Assembly: GCA_964016885.1 (NCBI GenBank)
Contig: OZ024741.1
Span: 295,182,001 to 295,246,000, forward strand
DNA length: 64,000 bases
Origin: Eledone cirrhosa
Lineage: Eukaryota
Direction: 5' to 3'
The notes under the pieces are model-generated. The model was not told the DNA's origin and searched no databases. It was given only the letters and a program-made list of their open reading frames with translations. Each line of letters opens with the position of its first letter. Position 1 is the first letter of the stretch. Positions 1-12,116 of this stretch are shown in pieces. The position numbers were made by a program, and so were the translations under genes.

Positions 1-289
1 ATCTCTATCTGAATTATTATAGTCACAATGTTGTGGCTGATGCATCCCTTAGCCTTCTTCTGGTATCTGTCTTATTCAGTAATGTTCTCAGAATTTCAAA
101 CCAAACTCTTTATTTCAACCACAGATTGTTCTTATTTTGTTGAATATTTCTGGATAAACCAGACACAATTTTGGAGAGTCCAATAGTGGAACCATTGTGA
201 TTATAATAACCAACATGACACAAGTTTACAGAGTACAGTATGATTATAAAAACTAACATGAACACACAAGTTTGAATAAATCAGCTTAT

Positions 290-510
290 AATAATTATTT
301 CTACTTTAAGCACAAAGCCAGCAATCTGAAGGGGAGGGGGGGGGGCGATTAAATCGACTCCAGTATGTTACTGATGTTTTATTTTATCGACCCCGTAAGG
401 GTGAAAGACAAAACTAATCTCTGCGGGATTTGAACTTAGAACATAAAGGGCTGCAACTCTCTGCCATGAAGCATGGTGTCCGATGCTCTATCGATACTGC
501 CAATCCACTA
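290..510 (-). mobile_element. tRNA-derived SINE, family B (core GCCTTTCATCC..GGGGTCGATAAAAT)
   Basis: Minus strand has A-box-like TGGCAGTATCG and B-box AAGTTCAAATCCC, then the core TTTCACCCTTACGGGGTCGATAAAATAA. Homologous copies at about 10143-10255, 16130-16275 and 56350-56538, all minus. Confidence 0.75.
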
Positions 511-794
511 ATGATAATTCCTCATCTCAGTAATCCAGATCAAATTAATCAATATGTTTGGTATATCAATACTCCATGTTTATCAATATGTTTGGTATAT
601 CATTAGTCCATGTTTTTTAAAAGAAAGCATTATATTTTGACTGCTAAAAAACTAGGATAAATATTTGTTTCAGTTGTTTATTTATTTCTCACTTGTTGTT
701 AGTATCTAACAATTGGCACAAAGTTGGTATTATGAAGTAGATTGAAACAATGGATATTAAATTTGTGAATCTGGCTGGAAATACTCATTAACAG

Positions 795-950
795 ACATAG
801 CTTTATACTTAAGAAGTTCACTTTCAGACTATGTGGTTTGAGGTTTGCTCCTACCATGCAACACTTTAGACAAGTGTCTTCTCCTAAAGCCTCATCTATT
901 AAATTTCATTTAATGCCATGGCAGTAAAATTTGATAGACAGAAATTGTGT
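795..950 (+). mobile_element. Degenerate tRNA/CORE-type SINE, family C
   Basis: Head ..TTAAGAAGTTCACTT..TGTGGTTTGAGGTT, then ACAAGTGTCTTCT. Homologous to 12330-12482 (-), 55430-55550 (-) and 56075-56215 (+). Confidence 0.6.
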
Positions 951-1378
951 ATGTATGTTTTTGTTTTTCTCTATACGTTTCTTCACAACTTAGGTAGCAT
1001 ATGTTGGTTATGTCCTTCATAAACAATGTCCTGCAGCTTAGTGATTCTTTATAAGAAGATGAACAACTTGCTTAAAAAAAAATAAATTTGTTGGTATCAG
1101 AAAAGGTGCCCAGCTATGGAATACTGCCTCATAGTAATCTTGTCCAACCCATGCTAGCATGGAAAAAAGCTGTAAAAAATGATGGATGAGGAAATGATAT
1201 TGTTATTCTATACCTATTTTATATTTGATGTAATTTAATCATAAAATCTCCATATATATATGTGTGCTTGTGTGGGTGAGTGTGTGTATGTATGTGTCGG
1301 TGTAGATACCTCTTTCCATTTTTCTATTGGAGTCCTTCCTATGATATCATTTCATCATGATGTATACGTCTCGCAGGA

Positions 1379-1411
<33 letters not shown>

Positions 1412-2237
1412 GGTAGTTTAAAAATGTGATTAATCTCGTTACATTTATTTTTAACAAAAATCAACAATGAAGAAGATCTATGAACGAAAGAAATGAAATC
1501 AGATTGGTTGATTATAACAAATATTATCCATCATGAAATGTTGATAATTTAACAGTGTATAGAGGTGGTGGGGGGAGATGGAGGTGTGTATTTGTGTGTG
1601 CACATGTGTGTTTGTGTGCGACCATGTCCGTCCATCCATCCATAGCGTGTTGTGCATGCTACATCACTATGTAGTTTCAAATATTGATTTCACTTTTCCA
1701 GTTAATTATCCTCTTAATTTCCACATTATTCATCACAATAAGCCCAGTGCATTATGCATCTGTGTCGTTTTGAAACACAAAATAATATGTTGATAAAAAG
1801 AAATTAAATATATATATATAACATTAAAAGAAAGTAAACTAACTGAAGTGAATGAATTGGCTTTGGCAAAGAATGGTATTATGTGAATTTTGTTGAATAC
1901 AAAGTAATTCAGTGGGGTTTTTTTTTTAAATTTAATTTTCATCTTCTTTCTTAACATAGACACATTGATTGTCCAAAGATTGGCAGAAGAACCAATATCT
2001 GAAATTTCTTAAATTTCCGAATAATTATTCCAAGTCTGAATGTCTATCTCTATATTTATTTATTCATTATTTTGTTAGTTTTCCTGGCAATTTGATCCAG
2101 TTACCAATAATTATCTTCCTGCTCTACATTTTGTTTGTTTGTGTATCTTTTTTTATTTTTATATATCATTTAATGATTGTATTTGTAAAGCTTTAGTTGT
2201 CTGTATATATATATACATACATAAATACATACATGAC

Positions 2238-2279
2238 ATATATATATATGTGTGTGTGTCTGTCTGTCTGTCTATGTGC

Positions 2280-2347
<68 letters not shown>

Positions 2348-2455
2348 TAGACAGACAGACAGACACACACATATATTATATATATATATATATATGCACA
2401 TAGACAGACAGACAGACACACACACATATTATATATATATATATATATATATATA
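2238..2455. repeat. Compound (TA)n/(GTCT)n microsatellite with fold-back duplication
   Basis: TGTGTGTCTGTCTGTCTGTCTATGTGCA before the TA tract recurs as its reverse complement twice after it. Confidence 0.85.
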
Positions 2456-3269
2456 ATATGGTAGCGTGGAAGATGGACGTTAAACGATGATGATAATGAT
2501 ATTGATATATATACACATCATGTATGTATCTATCTATTAATATATCTATATGTGTGTGTGTATTGGATATTTTTGTACATTTCTTTTCTTGTGAGATTTA
2601 CCAAAATAACTTTGCAAAAATATCCTGGTGTGGTTCACAACTCCAATCATTTCTCCTATTCTCACATTGCCAGCCAGTACAATAATATACCAAGATTGGA
2701 ATCATTTTTTTTTTTTTTTTTACTTTTTCTCCTTTGTGATTAGTAATGTCCAGATATCTCTTCTCTTGTGCATCTTATGTATTTTGTGTCTTTCTCCCAA
2801 AGTACCGATACCCAAAGGTGTCAACAGAGAGAGAGAGAGAAACAGTCACTCTCATACACCTGGCTCAATTATATACAAAAACACACTGTTAATTGTATTA
2901 TCTTCATTCAACTTAATATCATCATCATAATAATAATAACAATTTCTTTCACTGGCAATAATATCCCAAGACATTGGGAACAACAGACAAAACCAACAGA
3001 GTGGTGATATACGTTGAGTAAAGGAAAGGGAAATCTATAAAGTAGGTATTACACTTGAAGTAATTGTAATAAATAGTCATGATATCAATACAAAACTATA
3101 ACAAATGTGAACTAGAAACAGTTCCCCAATAGGGAGCATTGTGTTTTAGAGTAATTCCAGGAAAAAAAAACTCCACCACAAAACTCTGGGTTACTCTGTT
3201 GTCTCACAGGCATTCAAAGGGCACTCTTCCAGTTTCTTTCCTTCTGCTTAGCAAAGCATAGTCAGAAGC

Positions 3270-3400
3270 CTTGTTAATCTCACCATGCTAACCCATCTTT
3301 ATAAAGCCTGTTAGAAGGTAGCATCTTCCTCATTACTCTCATCTTCCTCCTCATGATGAGGGCTTAGCCAGAGAAGGAGATTCCTGTCCTCCAACCTTTT
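3270..3400 (-). pseudogene. Possible L1/Tx1-type ORF2 C-terminal remnant
   Basis: Minus translation LIMRRKMRVMRKMLPSNRLY then, after a frameshift, RWVSMVRLTR; resembles the K.RVER...F..RW end of Tx1-like ORF2. Confidence 0.3.
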
Positions 3401-3461
3401 ATACATGCCTTACATGCTACTTCATCATAACTATCAAGCAAAGGATGGCTTGCCATGCTTC

Positions 3462-3530
3462 CCTTTTAAAGGAAGACTGCCTTGCCTCCCTTCTAAAGGA
3501 AGACTGCCTTGCCTCCCTTCTAAGAGAAGA
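3462..3530 (+). repeat. 27-bp tandem repeat, about 2.5 units
   Basis: CCCTTCTAAAGGAAGACTGCCTTGCCT repeated. Confidence 0.9.
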
Positions 3531-4559
3531 GAGCATAATGGCTTGACGATGGAAATTGTCTGAATTTGGTCATTACCATTTAACAACATCAAAATAATTC
3601 TAGTTGTCATTGGTTTGATACCACTAAAACTGAGATGGTAGTTTCAACAAATAGACTTCAAATCCTAAATTGCTCATCTATAAAAGACTGCTCTGTTGGG
3701 TACACTGAGAAAAGTGTTGTTTGTTTAAGGTTGTTGTTGAGTCTCGACAGACAAAAATTCCAATAATTATCATATTTACTGTGCAAACCATAATAATGAT
3801 AAGACAATCATTGGTATTATTAATTTGAAAAAATAAAATAACCAGAACTAGGAACTAAGGTAAAACTGGTTCATGAACCTGGCCCACTAGCAGATTCCCT
3901 ATACATAACAGTATACACACACTGGCACACACACTCACCAACACACATACACAGATACACATACACATAGTGAGACTCATGCATACATACTCATGAACAC
4001 ACAACCAACATATACACACAAGGTTAAGAATGGATTATCTGCATAGAAGATTTAGTTGTATTTCATGGCTAACTGGGTGTTAACTAAATAATAGCTCAAT
4101 AAAAGTAATTAATAAATTAATTGTATTTATCATTATGTCAGCATGGGTTAGACAGGTTGTTACAGTCAGGTTCAATCCTTATTCAGAGTTATTGTGCTCC
4201 TAAACAGCTTGCATGACTGTGTTTTACCTGTATCTCCCATTTTTAGCATAATTTCTACAGTTAGATGCCTTTACTAGCACCAACCACACGAGTGTAACGA
4301 GAGACCAGGAAGTCTGGAACAGGAACTTTGTGCATGCTTTACTTTCAATATATGAATGATTCAAGAAGACGATGAAGAAAAGAAAAGAAGTAAAATACCA
4401 TTTCAGGGGCAGTGGATTGGTAGGCATAGTAGAAATACAGATAGGATGACCGAGCAGTATTTGTTCTGGCTCTTTGCATTCTGCATTCAAATAACACTGT
4501 GATCTACCTGAGTGATAGACTTAGTCTGTTGCTTTGTTTAAGATCACCACTTGTCTCTA

Positions 4560-4795
4560 GGGTGCTTCTAGTGGCATCTACTATATTGCTAGCATTCAGG
4601 CCAGGTCTCTGGGTTAATAACACATTTCGCCCTTCCTCTCATCACTATTGAAGGCCTTCAAAAGGCTCTTGGCTTCTATCCTTCTCTCCCTGACTAAATA
4701 ATTATATATATATAATCACACATTCTTTCCTTCCTCTCATCACTCATGAAGGCCTTGAAAAGGCTCTTGGGTACTACCCATCTCTCAATGACTAT
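4560..4795 (+). mobile_element. Probable Penelope-like element 3' remnant: endonuclease C-terminus plus tandem ~70-bp repeat
   Basis: LVASTILLAFRPGLW is homologous to 13684 (LVESTLLQAFRLGLW) and 23650 (TESTLLQSFKPDL) and resembles the E.L.I...KP.L end of PLE GIY-YIG domains. It is followed by two copies of CCTTCCTCTCATCACT..TGAAGGCCTT.AAAAGGCTCTTGG. Confidence 0.4.
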
Positions 4796-5214
4796 ATGTG
4801 TGCTATTTGCTTTATTTCTGTTTACGTTTTACATACATACATAAATATATATATTAGGGTCAATATTTTTTGATTGTGAATAGATGTATAAACCAAGGTA
4901 GCATACGTGATGGAGAAATGGCAATTTATCTGAAGAGACTGCGTGAAGTGTGTGAGTGTGTGTGTGTATATATATATACATGTAAGGGTGTGATAAAGTG
5001 ATGAAGTTCATTTGATGAAAGATTGCTGAAATGAAAAGTCAGTTGTTGGAATCAAATAAATTTAAAAAAAAAACTTAACAATGTATTTGTAAGATTGTTT
5101 GATGTTTCACTTTAAATATATTACACACATAAACATAAAGTAAACTGTACACATAATTTAATCTCTTCTAGTAAAATATTTCTAAACACATGTGTGTATG
5201 TGTGTGTATATATT

Positions 5215-5450
5215 TCTCCAAAATGGCTGACTGACTACAAACGTGTTTTTGACTCAAGTTTTTTCCATTCTTTCCTTTTCTCACACTCTATCTTTCTATT
5301 TCATCTTTTATTCTTCATTCTATCTTCTGATGAAGGACTACTGTCCAAAACGTTAGGATTCTTTTCCTACTATATCAAGTGTTAAACTAATATATTTCCT
5401 CATTATACTGTGTTGTTTTCTTTGTTAGTTCTGTTTACTTTTTGCACATA
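5215..5450 (+). mobile_element. Hammerhead-bearing ~230-bp element, family H1 (PLE pseudo-LTR or retrozyme-like)
   Basis: ATCTT-CTGATGA-AGGAC-TACT-GTCC-AAAA-CGTT-AGGAT at 5322-5359 is a minimal type I hammerhead with G12 changed to A. The flanks match copies at 45715, 51140, 52175, 62742 and, more distantly, 13020. Confidence 0.7.
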
Positions 5451-6018
5451 TATATATGTGTGTGTTTGTGTGTCCATGAATGTGGGTTAAATCCATTTCT
5501 TTGGATGGATGCATGGTTATAGTTTAATTGATAGGGAGAGACCCTAGCAGAAGGAGATTCTGGGATAAGACCACTTATTAAGGAGAAAAAAAGGGCAGAA
5601 GGATTATCTCATCATTATTGTTTCTATGTCTGCCTTTCATGGTAACAAATGTTAGATGGGACATGCTGACATGAGTTGGATGTGGAGAGGGTGAAAGATG
5701 TGAGTAGTAGAGACTAAAGAAGTGGGGATTTACATAGTGATAAGAGAGGTTAGTTGGAGGGTGGGCTAAGGATTGAGCAAAGGACACAACATGTTATGAT
5801 GCTCACAGCAGCAGGTAAATTCTTCAATATGCATATTGCATGTATGTGTGTGTGTGTATATATATATATATACACACACACATATATATATTATACACAC
5901 ATATATAAATGTATGTATGAATGTTAATCAAACTTTCAAGAAGAAACAAAACTTCAATTAATTAATTTACAATTTATATAAAATCAACTTAATGCTGTTT
6001 TGTTAGGTTTTTATTTTG

Positions 6019-6138
6019 CCTTCTTCTTCTTCTTCTTCTTCTTCTTTTTCTTCTTCTTGTTTTTCTTCTTCTTCTTCCTTTTCTTCCTTTTTTTCTTTTC
6101 TTCCTTTTCTTCTTTTTTTCTTTTCTTCTTCTTCTTCC
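6019..6138. repeat. (TTC)n-rich polypyrimidine tract
   Basis: Directly visible. Confidence 0.95.
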
Positions 6139-7435
6139 AGATTTCTACAATTGTCAGCTACTTTTCTGTGTTCTGTTTCGCTGCTAATCACAAGTGAACA
6201 CCTCTTATATGCAATGCTAGCTTCTTCTACAAAGCTGAATTGCTTCAGCAAAACAGCATCGTCATCATCATCAGTGTGTATAAGAATGTCTACACAAGTT
6301 GTTGTCTTTTTGTATGAGGCAATCAGTCGGTTGTTTAAAACTGTGTGAAAGAATTAGAAAGATTTTGGATGAGAATTTCAGCAGATTTATTTCATTCCTT
6401 TAGCTGCCTTTTTCTCTTTTTCAAACTTGAAACTTGGTGATGAAAAGGAAAGTGAATCTATTGCTAATGATACTGCTGCTAAGACTTTCTGTTGCTGTAG
6501 TTACCAAAGATAGGAATAAAACTGTGAGCTGTTGTTACCATTTAAAGATATATACATGTCAACTCAGCAGGAAAAGTTGAAGTATGAATTATATGAATGC
6601 TTAAGACAGCTTACAACTGTGACATTGTAATTTCAATAGACACATGCACACATTCAGGTATATCTGTGCATGTGAACAGATGTATATATACACACACATA
6701 TGCATATACATATTTATTATATTATTGAGATTACTCTCTGTAGATGCTCTGAGTTTCACACATTCTCACATACACAAACATATATATATATATATACATA
6801 TGTGTGTGGACACATGCACACACACACACATATACAGAGAGAAATTAATACACACAATGTGTTTCTTTATATCTATAATTTATTAATTTCTATGAATATT
6901 AAAAAAGAAATCCAATTTCGTTTTCTATCCCCAAACTCTATTTAATAAAATGTATATTAAAATTAGTCATGGACACTTTATGATTCTTAAACTCATTAAT
7001 AAATATATATATTTATCTCTCACATATACACCTCCTCATTCATATACACATACTCTATCTGTCTCACCTCATCACTCTCTCTTTCTTTCCACCTGCTCAC
7101 TCACTCACTATCTCTCTTTCTCTCTCTCCTCACTCAGACGTACACACTTTCTTTCATACACATATGCACACACCCTTTGCTAATCCATTTTTCTGGTATT
7201 TGGCCTTTGGTTGTTTTAATTTTAACCGTTTATAATCTTTCTAACAATACCGTAGCTCATTAGATAATCCTTTATCTGCATATTGATCTCATGTCTGGTT
7301 AGTTAATGTGCAGTATTGTCCCAAGCTGCTGTCTCTCATTTACTGCAACCAGCAGCTGTAATCTGGTGTCTTTTGTTTATTTAATGTCAGTTTTCACTAT
7401 TGAAATAGTGCAATGTTTCATTCAGTAGTAAGAGA

Positions 7436-7525
7436 CCATTACCATCTACCAATGAGCACTAGCCATTACCATCTACCAGTGAGCACTAATCATTACCATC
7501 TACCAATGAGCATTAGTCCTCACCA
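7436..7525 (+). repeat. 27-bp tandem repeat, about 3 units
   Basis: CCATTACCATCTACCAATGAGCACTAG repeated. Confidence 0.9.
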
Positions 7526-8344
7526 TCATTCATTAGTAAGAGACAATCGCCATCTTTCATTATCATTACACTATATTAAGTTATACTTTTGAATTAATCA
7601 AATACATACTATTATCATTTTCTCCCTGATTTACGACTGTAGAGCTGGCCAGGGAAGTAGAACCTGGACTGAATGCTGCATTATCCAAAATTCAGAGTCC
7701 ACCAAGGTTGACCTCTCTTTATTCAATTCAACAAATATCAACCTGATTGACTATCCCATGGTTTTTATTCTTCTTTTTCCCCCCATTTATTCCTGGGATG
7801 GCTGTGAGAGCAGAGTCTTCAAACACTCCTTCCAGCAGGTCCTGTCATGGTGTTAATCTTAAACAACATATCCAATATTTTTCTTTGGCTGTGGCAGACA
7901 CCATAATACAATGTTTTAAATTCTCAATGGGTTGTGAATATGCCATCATCATCATCATTCCTTCTGTTGCGAGTTTTATACAATTTCTTGCCATATCATT
8001 ACCCATGACCTGGGGGCAAGAAGGGGTAAGCAGTTGTCTTCAGTCCCTTGTATAGGATGTACCTTAAAAGACCTCACCCACAGAAAGAAATGCATATTTT
8101 GATATTTTACATATATATCATTGTCATTTTAACATCTGCTTCCCCTGCGTTCATTGTTCAAAATACACATAATGACTTTGTAGCCTGTGTATATTTTTCA
8201 AAGATAATGAATAAGACCGATGCCTGCCACAAAAACTAAAGCCCTAAAAGCATTACCTTGATTAATCTACCACTAAAACACAGCATTGAGTTCTAATAAC
8301 ATTATTTGCCCCACCTTAAATAGGTGAATAAACTAGTATTAAAC

Positions 8345-8519
8345 TAGTTAGACCATTATTTAACAGAGTACTCAATACTTAGGATAGTAGAGTGTGACTA
8401 TATTAGAAAGAGTCGGGGGGGGGGGGGGCTTCCAACTGAACTCCTGCCATTTCAACAGCTAGTTCCAGTCTATAACTAACTGTTGAAATAGCAAGAGCTC
8501 ACCCGTCAGACCCCAACTC

Positions 8520-8530
<11 letters not shown>
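8345..8530. mobile_element. Fold-back element, family H2 (old copy)
   Basis: Imperfect palindrome 8399-8530 (TATATTAGAAAGAGT...ACTCTTTCTAATATA) with a left-only extension homologous to the reverse complement of 24320-24365. Confidence 0.65.
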
Positions 8531-8551
<21 letters not shown>

Positions 8552-9811
8552 GAAGTGTAGAGGTAGTAAAGGTATAATATCTAATTTAGTAATGTTAGAA
8601 GAAGCAGAAAGACGAGACAACACATCTGTGGACCAGAGGCTGGAGTGGGGTACACTGATCTGGCTTATATAAATGTTAGTATCATGATTTATGACTAAAA
8701 TTCAGATTTATATTCACAATTTACACTGAGAGTTTATATTCAGTTTTAACCTTGTAGACATTTTTCTCCACTTTAAACTGCTAGTCTCTAGTTTTTCATG
8801 AGTTATTGATCAATATTTTTCATTTCATCTTTTTTTTTATTTTATTCACTTATCTTCTTTCCTTTCTCAGTATTTTTACTGTTTCTCCTTCCCACTCTCC
8901 TTCTCTCTCTCTCAACAGAATTCTGTTTGCTTAACCCTATAACAATCAAACCAACCAGCCACTATGTATAGCTATTATAAACACACTGCTATTTGTTCAA
9001 ACAGCAGCCATACTGGGTTTTGCACACACATAACCTTTGTTATCATGTAAAAGTTCCCATTGAATTTTACATGGAATCACATTTTTCTTATTTTCATCAT
9101 CTGATCACATTGTATTTGATGCATATCTAACACTATATATCTTATGAAATCCAACAAGTTAAGGCAACACTGCTGTTGTAATTGTCCTTGTTTTCATGAT
9201 GCCAACAGAGCACAATAAGCAAACTTCTTGAGTTCTCTTAATCATCACAGTTAAACCCATTTTAGACAACTGCTTTCAGTAGTGTATGTATGCAGTCTGT
9301 ATATGAAGCTGTCTCTGATATATATTCTGTGGCCCAAGGTTTTGTATGTTTACCATTACTAATAAGTACATAAAATAATTCACTGAAATGTATCCCATCT
9401 GTTCGTAGATCATTACAGGTAGTCAATCTGAGAAACCAAGAAAAAATTGAGTGGAGAGCTCTTTTAAAAGATCTCAGGGGTATTCTAGTTACAGTTTCTT
9501 AATCCATTTGGAGGACAGTTAAATAGTTGTTGACTTTTTTTTAAATATAAAACACTTACAATATAGATTTTTTATATAAATGTGTGAAAAATGAATTTCG
9601 AAGCTACTAAAACTTTTGTTCTTTCTTGTAAACTAATTTGGAAAAAAACCTTCAAGAATTCTATGTTTATACACCCCCACCCCCACATCTCTCTCTCTCT
9701 CTATCTCTCTCTCTCTCTCTCTCTCTGTATATATATGTGTGTGTATGTATATATATATATATACATGTACATATATTTATACATGTGTGCACTTGGTGTG
9801 GCTGGGGGTGG

Positions 9812-9856
<45 letters not shown>

Positions 9857-10393
9857 AGATTAGATGAGATAGAATATATATAATATGTAAAGGACTCTAT
9901 GTAGTCCTGGTCTCTGACTTATGTTATCTGTTTCATGAAAGATTTTTTCTAATATCTCCAACTGAAAGGTAACGCCTGTTTATTAGAAGACTACAATTAT
10001 GCACAGTAGTTTAACTTACTAAGAAGTTATTTCCTGATGGTTAACGTAATGATTGGATTTCTGCTCATAATGAAACTTCTCTCTATAACCAGGTGATTTG
10101 GAATTGCTTCCTTGTTCTATTTCATTTCACAAAAGATCCAAATAATAATTCTTTCTACTTTTGGCATGAGGCCAGCAATTACCGGTGTTTTATTTTATCG
10201 ACCCCATAAGGATGAAAGGCAAAGTTAACCTTATTGGGAATTGAACTCAGAAGATACATTTAATGATGTTCAAATATAATGCACAAAAATATATGATCCA
10301 AGCAAGAGAAAAAAAAGGAAAGAAAAAAACAAACAAACAAAAGCAACCATCAATTCACCACCAAGTGCAACAATTGGTCGCATACCACACGGG

Positions 10394-10620
10394 TCAACAG
10401 AAAATTTTGAGGCAAGCCAACATGCTTTCAGCATTACTGCAGTTGATGGTGAGGCTAAGATGCTGAAGCAACCAGGCACCCTCATGGGCATCACCAGATA
10501 CCTCAGTAAGGTGAGCTGCTAATGATAAGAACTTCGCTGTCAACAGCCCAGCTCCACTAACTGTCTCGAATGTCATAGGCTGGGAAAAATAGTTATTTGA
10601 TAGTTCCCAGTATTTGGAAC
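10394..10620 (-). pseudogene. CRE-like non-LTR retrotransposon, C-terminus of the restriction-like endonuclease
   Basis: SKYWELSNNYFSQPMTFETVSGAG..FLSLAAHLTEVSGDAHEGAWLLQHLSLTINCSNAESML fits KY.EL..Y.F.P.A.ET.G..G...GD.RE..L.Q.LS....NA. Confidence 0.6.
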
Positions 10621-10730
10621 AAGATAAAATGTTTTGGTGGTAATAGAAAAGTTAGTTTTACTGAATTCCTCTAAATTCTAGATGAGATGCTGTTTTTCTT
10701 TTTGTTTTGTTTTATTTTTCCTCATAGTAT

Positions 10731-10780
10731 TACGAGGTCTGTCAAAAAAGTATCAAAACAGTATCCAACTTTCCTGTGGG
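10731..10780 (+). mobile_element. Mariner-type terminal inverted repeat, single end
   Basis: TACGAGGTCTGTCAAAAAAGTATC, a typical mariner end at a TA; no partner TIR seen. Confidence 0.4.
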
Positions 10781-11167
10781 AAGTAATGACATTGGGGAGA
10801 CAAAAGTGTGCAGAGTAGAGCTACATATCTTCATGTGCATATCTGGTTTTTGGCAAGCTTGCTGGACATAGCAGTTACTATCAGGTAGCCAGCATGTGAG
10901 GTGTTGTCCTACTTACTTGTCACATTTTCAATTCACCTGATACTTCCAAGGATCCTAAGTTCCTCAATACCATCTAACATTGCCAAGGCCTAAAAGCACA
11001 TCAAGTTTTGTTTTCTTTGATTACCAAGGTGTTGTGCAGCATGAATAAACACCAGATAATTATTCTATAGCTAGATGTCCTTCCAGATGCCAAACTTTGT
11101 TTTTAAGTATGGTGCTTTATTCCACTGACCATTACACCTCAGGCCACTGAGGGTATATTATTTATGC

Positions 11168-12116
11168 AGGGACATAAACAAACAAACATTGTTTTTCCAA
11201 GCAGTAGTAATATGAACACACACATACACACACATATATGGACACATATCTCATCATGGCTTGGCTTCGCGAACGAAGATTAGGAAGGTTGTCCACGTCG
11301 TCTGCAGGCACGCTCATGGCTGACAAGTCTGATGCAGGAAAGGCAGGTCCGTGAGCAGTATCCACAGATGAAGGTAACGTCAGGTGTGCTGTCAGAGGCG
11401 CTCGGGCCTTCCTTCTGCATCTCTTGTCTTTTTGTGCGTCTCTTCTGTCTTTCTCAAACTCGCTGACCGTTGAAGATCGTGTGGCGCCAGGCATCATGGT
11501 TCGCAGCCAGGTTTGACCAGCATTGGTGGTCAACATGACATGCAGTGAGAGACTTTTTGAGACAGTCTTTGTAGCATTTCTTCGGGGCTCCTGTCTCTCG
11601 GTGGCCAGTGGAGAGTTCGCCAAACAGGGCAATCTTAGGAAGGCGATGGTTCTCCATTCTGTAGACATGCCCTGCCCATCGGAGGTGGTACTTGGAGACA
11701 GATGTGACTGCGGTAGGTGACCCAGGTCTCCGAGCCATAGAGGAGAGTGGTGAGAACCATGGCCCTGTAGACGCTGATCCTTGTCTTGTTCTTCAGGTTT
11801 TTGTTGTGCCAAACACGTTTGTACAATCTGCCAAAGGAGCTATTTGCCTTAGAGAGTCTGTTGTCAATTTCTTTGTCGATCCTTGCATCGGATGATATGA
11901 TGCAGCCTAGGTATGTGGACTGCTGTGTTGATTTCAGTTCGGTATCGCAGATAGTGATGTAGGGTGGGCGGTATTCTTCTTGGGGGGCAGGCTGGTGAAG
12001 AACCTCCGTCTTCTTGAGGCTAACCTCCAGGCCAAAGGGACATAAACAAACAAACATTGTTTGTCCAAGCAGTAGTAATTTGAACACACACATACACACA
12101 CATATATGGACACATA
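11168..12116. repeat. 81-bp direct repeats (11168-11248 and 12036-12116), a long target-site duplication
   Basis: AGGGACATAAACAAACAAACATTG...GGACACATA on both sides of the LINE, 2 mismatches. Confidence 0.9.
11249..12036 (-). mobile_element. 5'-truncated RTE-clade LINE (AviRTE/BovB-like) with internal deletion
   Basis: [24 protein letters not shown], then LRWAGHVYRM..LPK and a C-terminal CxxC; short 3' UTR CTTCGTTCGCGAAGCCAAGCCATGATGA. Confidence 0.9.

Noticed and set aside
7436-7525. CRISPR-like array (also 3462-3530)
   Set aside because: Head-to-tail tandem units without spacers, in eukaryotic DNA with no cas genes.
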